A stretch of 64,000 nucleotides of DNA. Origin: Octopus sinensis. Lineage: Eukaryota. This document shows positions 37,640 through 51,015 of the stretch, in pieces. Both the position numbers and the translations under genes were made by a program. The DNA is taken from NCBI RefSeq assembly GCF_006345805.1, contig NC_043001.1:13888001-13952000 (forward strand). Reading direction: 5' to 3'. Under the pieces are notes generated by a model. The model was not told where the DNA came from and did not search any database. It saw only the letters and a program-made list of their open reading frames with translations. The stretch's first letter is position 1. The number at the start of each line of letters is the position of its first letter.

Positions 37640-38210
37640 AAGGCGGCGAGCTGGCAAAAACGTTAGCACGCCGGGCGAAATGCTTAGCAGTATTTCGTCT
37701 ACCGCTACGTTCTGAGTTCAAATTCCGCCGAGGTCGACTTTGCCTTTCATCCTTTAAGGGTCGATAAATTAAGGACCAGTTACGCACTGGGGTCGATATC
37801 ATCGACTTAATCCGTTTGTCTGTCTTTGTTTGTCCTCTCTGTGTTTAGCCCCTTGTGGGTAGTAAAGAAATAGAAATAGGTATTTCGTCTGCCGTTACGT
37901 TTTGAGTTCAAATTCGGCCGAGGTCGATTTTGCCTTTCATCCTTTCGGGGTCGAAAAAGTAAGGACCAGTTACGCACTGGGGTCGATGTAATCGACTTAA
38001 TCCGTTTGTCTGTCTTTGTGTTCTCTGTGTTTTTGTCTGCCGTTACGTTCTGAGTTCAAATTCCGCCGATGTCAACTTTGCCTTTTATACTTTCGGGGTC
38101 GATTAAATAAGTACCAGTAACGCACTGGGGTCGATATAATCGAGTTAATCCCTTTGTCTGTCCTTGTTTGTCCCCTCTATGTGTAGACCCTTTGGGGCAA
38201 TAAGGAAATA
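37640..38210 (+). mobile_element. SINE family C trimer with 17-bp TSD
   Basis: TSD TATATGACAGTAAATAT at 37623-37639 and 38211-38227. Confidence 0.9.
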
Positions 38211-38876
38211 TATATGACAGTAAATATCTCTATAGTGTAGCATAAGTCTGTGAACTAGTTGAGTTGTTTGAGCGTTTGATACAGCCTCTGGTTGTATATG
38301 CTCCCACTTACTGTACCCTAAGATCAAGTCACACCGAGGTAAATTTTGCTGTTTTTCGAAGTCAATAAAAAAATTCTCAATCCAGAGCGGAGGTTTGATG
38401 TAATTATTAGATCGTTAGACAGGATATTGTATATTGTCTGTTACAATCCCGAACAAATTTTGTCTGAGTTCAAGTCCCAGGGCGCCACTCAAAATTCAGT
38501 GACAGTTCTGTAAGAAGTTGTGACTGAGAGACTGTATGGTCCACTTACAAAGGAATAACAAAAAAAATATACGTTCCCTGGACTAGATCCAAAGACAGAC
38601 TGCTCCACCGACACCGCTAGACTTAGATAACGAAGGGTAAACATGAATTATTTCCAAGGAAAGAATTGCAATTTTAGTAGGTAACCAGAGAAAAGCTTAC
38701 ATGAATTCATTTACCTCGGGTTATATCATTCAGATTAATAGGAATGAAATGATGCCATTTTTTAAATCTTCTTAATGAATTAGCAGAAAAAGACTTAATA
38801 TGTGTGTATTCCATCCATATCCCTTGATAGAAAATTCAAACTTCACACACACACACACACACACACACAACACACA

Positions 38877-38916
<40 letters not shown>

Positions 38917-40233
38917 ACGGGCTTCATTCAGTTTCCGTCTACGAAATCCACTCTCTAGGCTTTGGTCGGCCTGAGGCTATAGTAGAAACACTTGCCCAAG
39001 GTGCCACACAGTGGGACTGAACCTAGAACCATGTGGTTGGTAAGCAAGCTACTTACCATACAGCCACTCCTACGCCTATACTGCAAAGTATTATCTCCCT
39101 TACTCTAAACAGGTCGCCAGGGCACGACACCAGGGCAGGAAACAATGTTACATTTCGTAGTTAATTTTCGATTTTTAGATTTTTTTAATTCCTAGTCTTT
39201 ACTGTGGACATCCTGTGGGTCACATGCTCTTGGGAATTATGTTCTTTTGCGAGTATAAGTCGGCACGATGGTTCTCACGAACAAAATGCTCCATTAGCAA
39301 AAGTAGAATCACGGTCTCATGAAACAGCTAATTATATTCCCCTGTAGATATTTTGAGATATACGATGAATGGATACAAAGTGAATAATGCCAAGTACTGA
39401 TTATCTGAGCATCTACAGTTATTGCTGGTTTTATACAGAGAATTTGTTAAATAAGTTAGAGTTAAGAAGTATATAGATGAATAAGTTTCTCCGTCCTATC
39501 TTTTCTTTTGTTGTGCGTACAGGGCGGGTTTTAATTCTCTTCAATTTATTTTGTACGGGTATGATTTTTCAAGTTTGTCATAGAATGGTTAATGATCCTT
39601 CTTAGTCTTGGAGCTGTTTATTTATGCGGAATAACTTGATATGAAATATTTTATGAAATAGAAATATTAAATTTCTAAATATCTCAGAGAGATATAAGCA
39701 GTGGTGGAACGATAGAGCAGTTGTATACAGTCAACCTAACGTGACAGTCCCATAAAGGGAATCACACCACCGTTATTTAGCCCTAGGAAGCATCACCGCT
39801 TCCTGTCGGCCTTGAAACATTTCCTGTATCGTTATGTTTACAAGGGGGAGACCACCCTCACCTTCATCCAGCTAAGCCTGTCACATTAAGGTGACAGTAT
39901 ACAACTGCTCTATTTTACGAAATGTTTCGAGGAAATTTATTGAAGTTATACAGATGTTTTCCCTTTTTTTTAAATTTCTTTAATGTGTACTTGCCAAGTA
40001 AATCGCTTGATCTAAGATCGTGTGTTGAAATTAAAACATATTACAGAGTTGAAGACAAATATTAATCATTCAAAAGAACATAAAGACTGTTAACTTTAAT
40101 TAAGCATTTATAATTTGTTGCGGGAAAATTTTTTCACACTAAATAATAAATGTTTAAATACGGTTAACAATATCTGTGCACCTTTGAATGACTAATGTAT
40201 TTTTCCGCTCTCTAATTATATTTATTTCAACAG

Positions 40234-40245
40234 CCTCATATCAAG
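40234..40245 (+). other. Candidate 12-nt microexon
   Basis: ctctCTAATtatatttatttcaacag|CCTCATATCAAG|gtaaca: branch-point-like CTAAT, acceptor and donor, length divisible by 3. Confidence 0.25.
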
Positions 40246-40287
40246 GTAACAGCTGACAAGTATACACACACACACACACACACACAT

Positions 40288-40326
<39 letters not shown>

Positions 40327-40397
40327 CCATCAAAATTTCTGACACCAAATAAAATCTTTTAAGTGAAGTTAAGTCTTTGTGTTAATGTTTCACATGT

Positions 40398-40745
40398 AAG
40401 GCGAAATGCATAGCGGTATTTCGCCTACTGCTACGTTCTGAGTTCAAATTCAGCCGAGGTCGATTTTGTCTTTCATCCTTTCGGGGTCGATTAAATAAGT
40501 ACCAGTTATGCACTAGGATCGATATAATCGACTTAATCCGTTTGTCTGTCCTTGCTTGTCCTCTCTGTGTTTAGCCCCCTGTGGGTAGTAAAGAAATAGG
40601 TATTCTGAGTTCAAATTCCTCCGAGGTCGACTTTGCCTTTCATCTTTTCAAGGTCGATAAATTTAGTACCAGTTACGTACTGGAGTCGATCTGGTCGACT
40701 GCCCACCTCCACAAAAATTTCGGGCCTTGTGCCTAGAGTAGAAAA
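40398..40745 (+). mobile_element. SINE family C dimer (alternative tail)
   Basis: Two bodies; ends GCCTTGTGCCTAGAGTAGAAA. Confidence 0.8.
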
Positions 40746-41289
40746 TATGTTTTTGTACGTTTAATGTTTCATCTATTCTGAAATAGATGAAGCATTAACT
40801 TCGCTCACCAAAATTTGTGCTTTTACGGAAATGTATTATATTCAGAACCCTTTCTCTTCTCATCCAATCACGTTATTTTTCGATAAGTGGGGAGTCAGCA
40901 TATTGTAAAGTGTTGCTGTGAGGCCTCTTCCGCTGTTGTTTTTTTTGGAGGGTGGGGTCTGATTTCTGGCATTTTTTTTCCTTTTATTCTTCCACAGATA
41001 TTCCAGTGTTGAGTCTCATTTACATATCAGTTCACTAATTGCTGCTGCTGATTATAATTCAGTATCGGTCAGGTCTTCAACCACAAATTGGAATTTTTTT
41101 TTTTTTTCAATTGAGGATCTTCCAAGTTGCTAGCAGTTGTTTATAAATTGGTAAATATCTTGCTTGGTTCCTGTTATGATATTTTTCTTCCGAAACATTA
41201 TGGTTAACTTAATCTAATGCACTCGATTATTTTCTTCAATATTTCATCCTGATATTCTTGAATTACCCTGGATGTCTTCTGGTGGCCAG

Positions 41290-42935
41290 TCGACTAGATT
41301 GACCCCAGTACGTAACTGGTACTTAATTTATTGACGTTGAAAAGATGAAAGGCAAAGTCGACCTCGGTTGCATTTGAACTCAGAACGTAACAGCAGACGA
41401 AATACCTATTATTTTACTACCCACAAGATAAACACAGAGAGGACAAACAAGGACAGACAAACGGATTAAGTCGATTATATCGATCCCAGTACGTACGAGG
41501 GGCGTTCAATAAGTAATGCCCCTGACCAACTTCCCATAGCAGTAGAGCAACGAAACTTGGCACAGTCATTAGTCTTTTTATACATAGAAAGCACCCAGAG
41601 TTACGCATTTCTCCCATCATTTGATGCAGCTCTGGAGACCGTTTTTGTAGAAGACCCCAGCTTGGTCCTCCAACCATGACGTGACTTCAGAAATCAAGGC
41701 TGCATCATCTGGGAAACGCTTTCCTTTCAAAAACAACTTCATGGCTGGGAAGAGGTGAAAATCAGAGGGTGCAAGGTCAGGAGATTAGGGGGGATGGAGG
41801 AGAAGTTCATAGCCGCACGCCTGTGCTTCTGATCTGGCGACACGCGAGTTGTGGACCGGAGCGTTGTCCTGCAGGAGGAGGATGCCTTTGCTGATCTTGC
41901 CCCGCCTCTTGATTTTGATAGCTTCTCTTATTTTTCTCAAAAGTGAAGCATAATAGGCTCCTGTAATTGTGGTACCCTTTGCCAGGAAATCTGTCATCAC
42001 TACTCCGTCCTGGTCCCAGAAGACTGTGAGCATGACCTTGCCAGCGGAGGGCTGCACTCTTGCCTTCTTTGGAGGAGGCGAGTCACGGTGCTTCCACTGA
42101 ATTGACTGGGCTTTGGTCTCTGGATCATAGTGATGGAGCCAGGTTTCATCCTGTGTAATCAGTCTTTTGAAAAATTTTGACTCATCTTCTTGGCACATCT
42201 CCAAATTCATCCTCGAGCACTCGACGCGTTCTTGCTTCTGGAAAGGTGTGAGCAACCTGGGAATCCATCTGGCAGACACCTTTTTGCATGTGCAAATGGT
42301 CATGAATGATAGTTTCCACAGACCCGGTACTAATCTTGACGTCATGGGCTATTTGGCGAATAGTTATGCGTCGATCTTCCAAAATGGCAGCCTCAACTTG
42401 ACGGACAGATGCCTCATCAATGGCAGAAGGGGGGCGACCAGATCTGGGAGCTGTTTCCACAGAGTTCCGACCATGTTTGAATTCACGATGCCAGCATTTT
42501 CCAAGGTCATATGATGGGGTATCATCACCATAAGTTACTTTCATTTCATCAATAGTCTCCCGTGGTGTGCGTCCTTTCAAATACAAAAACCAGATCACTG
42601 CTCGACACTCAACAGGCTCCATTTCACACTTGACTCATTTCAAACACCTGTAAATCGAAAACCACAATTAGTTCAGAGCTGTAATTTGCCACCTAATCTG
42701 CAGAGATATACATAATTGCACATGCAAAATTTTAGCTAGATCAAACAACTGCAAGTGGGTCAGAGGCATTACTTATTGAACGCCCCTCGTAACTGGTACT
42801 TATTTAATCGACTCCGAAAGGATGAAAGGCAAAGTCGACCTCGGCGGAATTTGAACTCAAAACGTAACGGTAGACGAAATACCTATTTCTTTACTACCTA
42901 AAGGGGCTAAACACAGAGAGGACAAACAAGGACTG
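41290..42935 (-). mobile_element. SINE family C array interrupted by a mariner
   Basis: CCCAGTACG|TA...TA|ACTGGTAC restores the SINE consensus. Confidence 0.8.
41496..42789 (-). mobile_element. Near full-length mariner (DD34D), 1294 bp; transposase pseudogene
   Basis: TIRs CGAGGGGCGTTCAATAAGTAATGCC at both ends with TA TSD; ORFs 42182..42622 and 41785..42345 join by a 1-nt frameshift; motifs WIPRLL, DETW, QDNA and HPP*SPDLAPSD (34 residues between D2 and D3; stop in place of Y). Confidence 0.95.
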
Positions 42936-42939
42936 ACAG

Positions 42940-43460
42940 AGGCTTCTGGTGTTATGGTATATTTTATTGGCATCCATGTAAAACCCTTTTGTATTTGAAT
43001 CCAATACTTTAATGCTATAGAAGAAGCGGTGATGACCTTTGAAGCATCTTATCCTGCCTCGTTTCGCAGATACGATCAGTGTGCGTTTTTCTCTTAGAGA
43101 TCCTATACATTTTAAAGAATTAACTCGTTCCTTTAATTTATTTTTCATGATAGATCCTTCTTTCTCCATTTTCCTAAACACAGATAGGATCGTCAATTTG
43201 TTGTCCTTTTTAGAATTCTCTATGGTATATTTTCTTTCCACTCTTTAATTAGCTTAGCTTCCAAGGGCCCCCACACTATTTCATTCAATACAGCTACTGT
43301 TACAAAATACATTAGATCGATCAATCTGTTTAAATTCGGCGAGTTTCTTCGCCACTTGTATTTATTTGTTCTTTCTTGGAACTGTTTATTCTGTGTACAG
43401 CTTGGACTATTATTTACATTGTTCATCGATTTTGTTATCTTGTCTTCTGTTTCCAATGTT
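42940..43460 (-). mobile_element. Possible degraded retrotransposon ORF1-like sequence
   Basis: Overlapping Lys-rich minus ORFs (42894..43241, 43220..43456); no diagnostic motif. Confidence 0.25.
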
Positions 43461-44975
43461 TTTTTTTCTATGAGGTGCCACTCAACCTTAGCCCTCCTTG
43501 ATCTGTTGTGATGTGTTCTTATTTTGTTTGTAGTTAAATGTTGTATCGAAGATTTATATTTTTTGTACTTTTGTATTTGTCAGAATATCTCCATGGAAAA
43601 TTCTATTATTTACATCATTTTAGATTCGAACAATTTTTTTCTCTGTTTTTAATTAGCTTCAATGACTTGTTTGGTTTTCGTGTTGTGGGATCTGGAGTGT
43701 TTTACAAAAACATTCAGTGTTTGCGTTGCCACCTTCTTGTATTACCGATTCTCTCTCTCCCCCCACTTCTCCACCCCACCTCTCTTTCATATTTATCTCT
43801 CTCTTCATTTCTCGCTCTCTCGCACGAGGTCATGTTTTCTGTTAAAGGATTTTCTTTCAAAGCTTTCGTTGGTTTATAATAAGTTATTATTTTCTATGAA
43901 GTCATTCACACTGTACGATTTTCAGCATGCATCATTTGTCGTTCATTATTATTATTATAATTATTATTGTTATTATTGAGAGTCAAGACTATTGAAAAGG
44001 TTGCAAGATGCAACGAAAATTTTAGGAAAATAAAGATAAGAAATAAGTGGAAACTTTACCGGTGAGTGTGTTATATTATAAGGCACAAAAAGAAACTGTC
44101 TCTCTCCAAGCACAACAGAATATGCTTCAACACACGAACTCGTATAAAGAATCTTGCAAACCAAAAACGAAATATTATTGTTATTATTGACAGATACAGC
44201 TGTATATACCACCATAGTAACGCTGGGGTACAAATATACGAAGCCCAATATATCCATCACGACTATTCGTGTGATAAGGGTACACCAAGCAGATGTTTCA
44301 CAACCACATGTGCGCAACAAAGCGATCTCATATCAAAATAAACAACAAGCGCATGACCTTGCAGGTGATGGCCAGGTAGGATTTTCTTTAGGCCCAGTAG
44401 ACCATCCCCTGTAAAAGGTTCCTAAATAACGGTTATTTAAGGATGATGAACGAAACATCCATGTTACCGACGGAGATTTATTCAAACCCCAAAAGAATTC
44501 CTCTCGATACATGGTTATGGTGCTTCCCCACTAAACGTGCCCGTAATCAGAGATGCACATATCAGCCACTAAGGGACATCAGCAAATGATTAAGGTCAAT
44601 CTGTGGTATTGAAAAGAATATATGCTTCAGTCATCTTTAACACCAGCACAAAACGTGTACATGGTAACACTTCCAATCAGTTAAGATCAGAAGACATAGG
44701 AGTCACTGCCTGGTGCTGCATAATGGCATTTATCATCACCTTCATCATCATCATTCGAAATTCTCTAATTTTAAATGTTGTAGTTTCGTAAATTTTCGCC
44801 ATCTTTCCAACATCTTTCCAAAGATCGTAGGAGTTTTTCATCGTTCTAATTGTTTAAGCGTTCCGATTGTCTAATTGTCATGAATCAAACGGATTTCAAA
44901 ACTCTGAGATTGTCGCGAAATGGGGGAATGGAGTGAGGTCGGATGGAACATAGTTATTTTCAACGTCGTCTACAG

Positions 44976-45036
44976 CCAGTAAACAAACCTGTTTGTATGA
45001 AATTTTCACAAATTTGACATTTGAATTAGAAGATCG
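44976..45036 (+). CDS. Candidate 61-nt exon
   Basis: ttttcaacgtcgtctacag|CC...GATCG|gtaagt; open frame SKQTCLYEIFTNLTFELED. Confidence 0.25.
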
Positions 45037-45544
45037 GTAAGTGACAGCCATAACAGCGATGGTGGCCGCAACGCTAAACTGTCGTCTGTTTTCAGGATTT
45101 TGCTTGTCAAACTAAATAAGTGAATATTTTAGATTTGTCAGTGAAATATAAGGAATGTGTAAACGTTAACTCCGTCAACAATGGTAATGTTATGATGCAG
45201 CGGAAGTCATTCATATAAACAACAAAGCAACAACAACAAAAACACAGACAAAGAACCGAAAACAACGACAAAACTAACAACAATAAAATTGAATAAAATA
45301 ATGTATTAAGGGCTTAAAACGATAGAAAGGTCAACAAGATCTTCGCCATCATCAAAAACAATAATACTAATGACAGCAACAACACTAAAGACAGACAGAA
45401 ATGGTGGTAATAAAAATAAAATAAAAGTTCAAAGCCACAAGAAAACCAGGAACAGCAAAAAGTTAACTCTTTTGCAAGCCTGGACATTGAATTAACACAA
45501 TTCAAACAGTCAAACATTACATAAAAAGCCTTATTATAATGTTC

Positions 45545-46020
45545 TTTTCTACTTTAGGCACAAGGCCCGAAATTTTCGGGGAGTGGGGGCCAGTCTATTA
45601 GATCGACTCCACAACGCAGCTGGTACTTAATTTATCGACCCCGAAAGGATGAAAGGCAAATTCGACCTCGGCGGAATTTGAACTCAAAACGTAGCGGCAG
45701 ACGAAATACCGCTATGCATTTTACCTGACATGCTTACGTTTCTGCCAGCTCGCTGCCTTAGTCTTATAATATTTATTTCTTTATTGCCCACAAGGGACTA
45801 AACATAGAGAGACCAAACAAGGACCGACAAAGAGATTAAGTCGATTATATCAACTCCAGTGCGTAAATGGTACTTATTTAATCGACTCTGAAAGAATGAA
45901 AGGCAATGTCGACCTCAGTGGAATTTGAACTCAGAACGTAAAGACAGACGAAATGCCGCTAAGCATTTCACCCGGCGTTTTAACGTTTCTTATTTCTTTA
46001 CTACTCACAAGGGGCTACAC
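45545..46020 (-). mobile_element. SINE family C copies
   Basis: Two heads or bodies with both tail types. Confidence 0.8.
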
Positions 46021-46376
46021 AGAGAGGGGGCAAACACACAGAGGGTATAACCAGCCGAAATTGCAAAGATAATCTGGAACTCGACTAAGGAAAGAAAACT
46101 CCGAATGACCCGTCTTTGTTTTCTTTGTATTGTCTATCTAGATGTTTCGTTGTCCCTTTTGTGTATCACTTAACTATCTGGATGTTTTGCGTTCTTGTCC
46201 CATTTTGTATTTTTTATATATAAAATATATAGGCGTAGTTGTGTGGTAATAAGTTTGCTTCCCAACTATATGACAGCGGGTTCAATCCTACATAGCAGCA
46301 AGTGGTAAATGTTTTCTACTACCTCCTCGGACCGACCAAAGCCTTGTGGATTTGGCAGACGGAAACTGAAAGAAGC

Positions 46377-46446
<70 letters not shown>

Positions 46447-47042
46447 AACACACACAGACACGTGTGTGCGTGCGTGTGTCTATATGTCTGTTCGTCTCCC
46501 ACCACCGCTTCACTACCGGTGTAGATATGTATACGTCCCCGTGGCCTAGCGGTTCGCCAAAGTGATCGATAGAATAGCAACCTTCAAATAAAATACGTAC
46601 TGGGCTCGACGTGTTCCATCAATATTCTTCAAGGCGGTGCCCCAGCATGGCCGAAGCTTGAATGACTGAAACAGGTAAACGATAAAAGATAATCATTGTT
46701 CTACGAGATCTGTTATTCTCCGGAACGTTATCTCCATTGTATTGTTCTCCTTTGTGAAGTATTATGAGGTTTCGCGTGAGTTGATTCCTGCGGAGGAGAT
46801 GTCCTTGGTTCGTGATGGATAACGTTTTCATGGGTTTCCGATTCTTTTGTTATATTTTGAAGAGTCGTTACGAAGAATGGAATTCAGAAAGGCCTTCCTT
46901 GTATTTATAGGTACAAATCTACATTTATAATTACTTGTACTCATTTATATAATTATGCATTCACTTATGTACACGTCCAAATAAACATATACATACACTC
47001 ACAAGCAAACACACACACACACTACATATATGTGTGTGTGTG

Positions 47043-47245
47043 TGGAGGCGCGTGGCTTAGTGGTTAGAGTGTCAGCTCCATGATCGGAAGATTGTGGTTT
47101 CGATTGCTGGACCGGGCGACGCGTTGTGTTCTCGAGCAAAACACTTCACTTCATGTTGTTCCAGTCTACTCAGCTGGCAAAAATGAGTAACGCTGCGATG
47201 GACTGGCGTCCCGTCCAGCTGGGGAACACATACGCCATAGAAAAT
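47043..47245 (+). mobile_element. SINE with family D-type head and CORE-like segment plus family A tail iv
   Basis: Tail essentially identical to 31290-31345, but head and middle differ. Confidence 0.7.
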
Positions 47246-47661
47246 AGGGATTTTCATAGAAAAAAAAGCACCTTTGTGATATAAATAATTTTTGGTGTTA
47301 ACATGGTCCGATTTGAATTTTATCTTCTACAGAAGGAAGAGCAATCCTTCTTCTACCATACTCTCAATTTTGGACAATTTGCGCCGCAGGATCTCGGAGG
47401 AGATAGTGTTAGTTGAAGGCTACCAAACCTGTCATACACAGACAACTTCAGCTTTATATAGAGAAAGATTACTCTCTTTCAAAACCTAATACAGAGTTAA
47501 AAACATGTCGTCTGCATCATTTATTTACATTATCCAGCATAGTCTTTACCTCTTTCCGCCACTCTAATTTTGTTTTCATGTACATCTGCAGATAACGAAT
47601 TCGGCAGATAAAAATGTTGAATACATTTTCAGCATTCTTGAATTTGGCACATTGCTGCCGT

Positions 47662-48044
47662 GGAAGCACTCCGTCGGTTACGACGACGAGGGTTCCGCTT
47701 GATCCGAATCAATGGAACAGCCTGCTCGTGAAATTAACGTGTAAGTGGCTGAGCACTCCACAGACACGTGTACCCTTAACGTAGTTCTCGGGGATATTCA
47801 GCGTGACACAGAGAGTGACAAGGCCGGCCCTTTGAAATATAGGTACAACAGAAACAGGAAGTAAGAGTGAGAGAAAGTTGTGGTGAAAGACTACAGCAGG
47901 GATCACCACCATCCCCTGCCGGAGCCTCGTGGAGCTTTAGGTGTTTTCGCTCAATAAACACTCACAACGCCCGGTCTGGGAATCGAAACCGCGATCCTAT
48001 GGCCGCGAGTCCGCTGTCTTAACCACTGGGCCATTGCGCGTCCA
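47662..48044 (-). mobile_element. SINE family A (tail iii) with 14-bp TSD
   Basis: TSD CACATTGCTGCCGT at 47648 and 48045. Confidence 0.9.
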
Positions 48045-48264
48045 CACATTGCTGCCGTATACCTCACCACTCTTACGAAGTCTACCGTTACACTATGTTC
48101 GTTAAGTTACCATCAGTTTGACAATCGTTTGGAGAACGTAAAATTCTAGAGTTCTGGATGTATATGGTGTTAGTTTTCTACATTCTGAATCTCATCGTTT
48201 TAAAGACATACGGAGTAGTAGATAAGTCCGAATGTGTATGCTATTGTTTGTTCGTCTGTTATCT

Positions 48265-48605
48265 TTATTAGATTTATATTTGTATTTGTACAAGTTGACT
48301 CCAAGTCTCACCCAGAGATCTCAAGACCCAAGTTAGAATTTTATTTTGGTGTTAATACTAGGGTGCCATATTTGTGGTCTTGCACAAAGTATTGTTGAAG
48401 AGAATGTCTGTCAAAACATAAGAAGACAAGAAGTTTGTTTTAAAAAGTAATTTGATAAGATGACAGTGTGATCTTAAGATGACAGCAAAAGGTGTTTGCT
48501 ATTATGTACATATAAAAGTATTTTTGACAATGTTTACAGAATAAAATATTTTTCTCACGTAGACAATATTTTTCGTAGGATATTATCAGTTCCTATGAGT
48601 TACTT
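48265..48605 (-). mobile_element. Older R4/Dong-like 3' fragment
   Basis: Diverged copy of 48651-48860 (TTGACTCCAAGT.TCACCCAG; CGTAGGATAT..CAGTTCC.ATGAG). Confidence 0.6.
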
Positions 48606-48650
48606 TTTAAACTTTTTTCATCATCATCATTATTATTATTATTATTATTA

Positions 48651-50043
48651 ATGTTTGAATTTTGCTTTGTATTTATACAAATTGACTCCAAGTTTCACCC
48701 AGGGACCTCAAGAGACAACCAGTTAGAAGTTCATGTTGGAGTTATTCCTAGGGTGTCATATATTTGGTTTTGTATGAAAAGATAAGAAAATTATGAGTTT
48801 GTTCTAAAATTTGAGATTAAATAGGCAGTATTTTACGTAGGATATGGACAGTTCCCATGAGAATTATCTTTTGAATTTCTGCCGTTTTGGAATTCTTGGT
48901 ATCTGAGCTAGGCTGCAATCAGCCCCAACTTGCTATCATTCCTAAGGCTCCTATGACAACAGGTATTGTTTTAGTCTTCAGGTTCCGCATTTTGCCAATT
49001 TCTATTTCCAGATTTTGATACTTGCTCAGTTTTTGGTAGGTCTTGACAGATACATTTGTGTCGATTGGGACCGTCATATCAATGTGGCGGTATCATCTAT
49101 GTCTGAAATCCTTCAATATAGGCGCAGGAGTGGCTGTGTGATAAGTAGCTTGCTAACCAACCACATGGTTCAGGGTTCAGTCCCACTGCGTGGCATCTTG
49201 GGCAAGTGTCGTCTGCTATAGCCCTGGGCCGACCAATACCTTGTGAGTAGATTTCGTAGACGGAAACTGAAAGAAGCCTGTCGTATATATGTATATATAT
49301 ATATATGTGTATGTGTATGTGTGTGTCTGTGTTTGTCCCCCTAGCATTGCTTGACAACCGATGCTGGTGTGTTTATGTCCCCGTCACTTAGCGGTTCGGC
49401 AAAAAAGACCGATAGAATAAGTACTGGGCTTACAAAGAATAAGTCCCGGCGTCGATTTGCTCGACTAAAGGCGGTGCTCCCACATGGCCGCAGTCAAATG
49501 ACTGAAACAAGTAAAAGGGTATACTTTCTGGCATATTCGCATTTATCTGTCAGTTTGAACGGAGAAGTTCCAGAGCAGTGAGATGTAGTCATTTTCAAGC
49601 ACTGGAGGTGGTTTGTGTTCCCACTAGGGAGCAGGTCCTAGTTATTTGCAAATTACCCTGTGAATAAATTGTGCTGCTCTAACATGCCTGTTGAGACGCT
49701 CTGTAGGCGCTAGACTGCACACGGAGACAACATAATCGATTGTTTCATTTTGTTGTTTACATACATGACATGTTCGACTACTGCCGTTCTTTAATATGTT
49801 AGCCTGGTAGTTCCGTGGAGGTAGGCATTGATATTGGACTGCTATGATAAATCCTTTTGTTTCTGATTTTAAGCCAGAAGCCATTAACCATTGATGGGTA
49901 AGGGCTTTGTCAACATTGGCATTATTAGCTCTCTGTGGGTATTTGCCACTGAAAAGTTTTTCTTGCAATATATCAGTAAGAATTTCTAAGGCAGCAATTT
50001 TAGTACGGGTTTTCATACGCTTAGCTTTTGTGTACTTGTTTCC
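48651..50043 (-). mobile_element. R4/Dong-clade (RLE) non-LTR retrotransposon, 5'-truncated, interrupted by SINE B (49120-49520)
   Basis: LKSETKGFIIAVQ...TCHVCKQQNETIDYVVSVC (degenerate CCHC finger); LIDMTVPIDTNVSVKTYQKLSKYQNLEIEI...TIPVVIGALG (RLE); both ends abut (TAA)n. Confidence 0.85.
49120..49520 (+). mobile_element. SINE family B inserted in the Dong-like element
   Basis: Full family B consensus. Confidence 0.9.
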
Positions 50044-50113
50044 ATTATTATTATTATTATTATTATTATCATTATTATTATTATCATTATTATTATCATT
50101 GTTATTATTATTA

Positions 50114-50148
<35 letters not shown>

Positions 50149-50151
<3 letters not shown>

Positions 50152-50312
50152 TAGTTTTATTTTTATAGCGTGCTTTCACTTCACTCCCGAGCGCAGCTCT
50201 GTGTGCCTTGGGTATTTGTTGTGATGCTCTGATGGTTATTGTATGGAAAGTGTTCTGCGTAGGATGTGTGCAGTGCCTAGTAGTGCAATTTTCTGTATGT
50301 TATATGTGTATG
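50149..50312 (-). mobile_element. Second R4/Dong-like 3' end (different subfamily)
   Basis: NIQKIALLGTAHILRRTLSIQ* plus 3' UTR, flanked by (TAA)n arrays 50044-50148 and 50313-50450. Confidence 0.75.
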
Positions 50313-50710
50313 TTATTATTACTCTTATTATTATTATTATTACTATTACTATTATTATTATTACTATTATTATTATTATTATTACTATTATTATTACTAT
50401 TATTATTATTATTATTACTATTACTATTATTATTATTACTATTATTATTGTTATGAAATCTATGTTGTTTTGATGTTTGGTGACAATAAATCTCCCATAA
50501 TCTCAAACTTCAGTCTCTTACTGATTTAGGGGTTATACGAGAACACCAATTACCGCAGAAAAATTTGTTTTCTAAGTCTTCTTCAATCTTTTCGTTTCTC
50601 TGATTGGGCCCCGATATTTCCCAATATGTTCTCCATCTCTTCGGTATCCACAATGTTCACATGTATTTCGAAGTTTATGAACTTACACTTTTCAGTTTCT
50701 GTTGCGCTCT

Positions 50711-51015
50711 AGGAGGCACATGGCCTAGTGGTTAGAGCAGCGAACTCGCGGTCGAGGGATCGCGTGTTCGAATCTCAGACCGGGCGGTGTGTGTGTGTTT
50801 ATGAGCGAAAACACCTAAGCTCCACGCGGCTCCGACAGAAGGTAATGGCGAACTTCTGCTGACTCTTTCGCCACAACTTTCTCTCACTCTTTCCTCCTGC
50901 ATCTTGCAGCTCACCTGCGACGGACAAACGTCCCGTCCAGGTGGGGAACCTATACGCCAAGAAACCGGGAAACCGGCCCTTATGAGCCAGGCATGGCTCG
51001 AAAAGGAACAAACAA
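50711..51015 (+). mobile_element. SINE family A (tail ii)
   Basis: Arg-like head and tail shared with 23250-23510. Confidence 0.8.
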
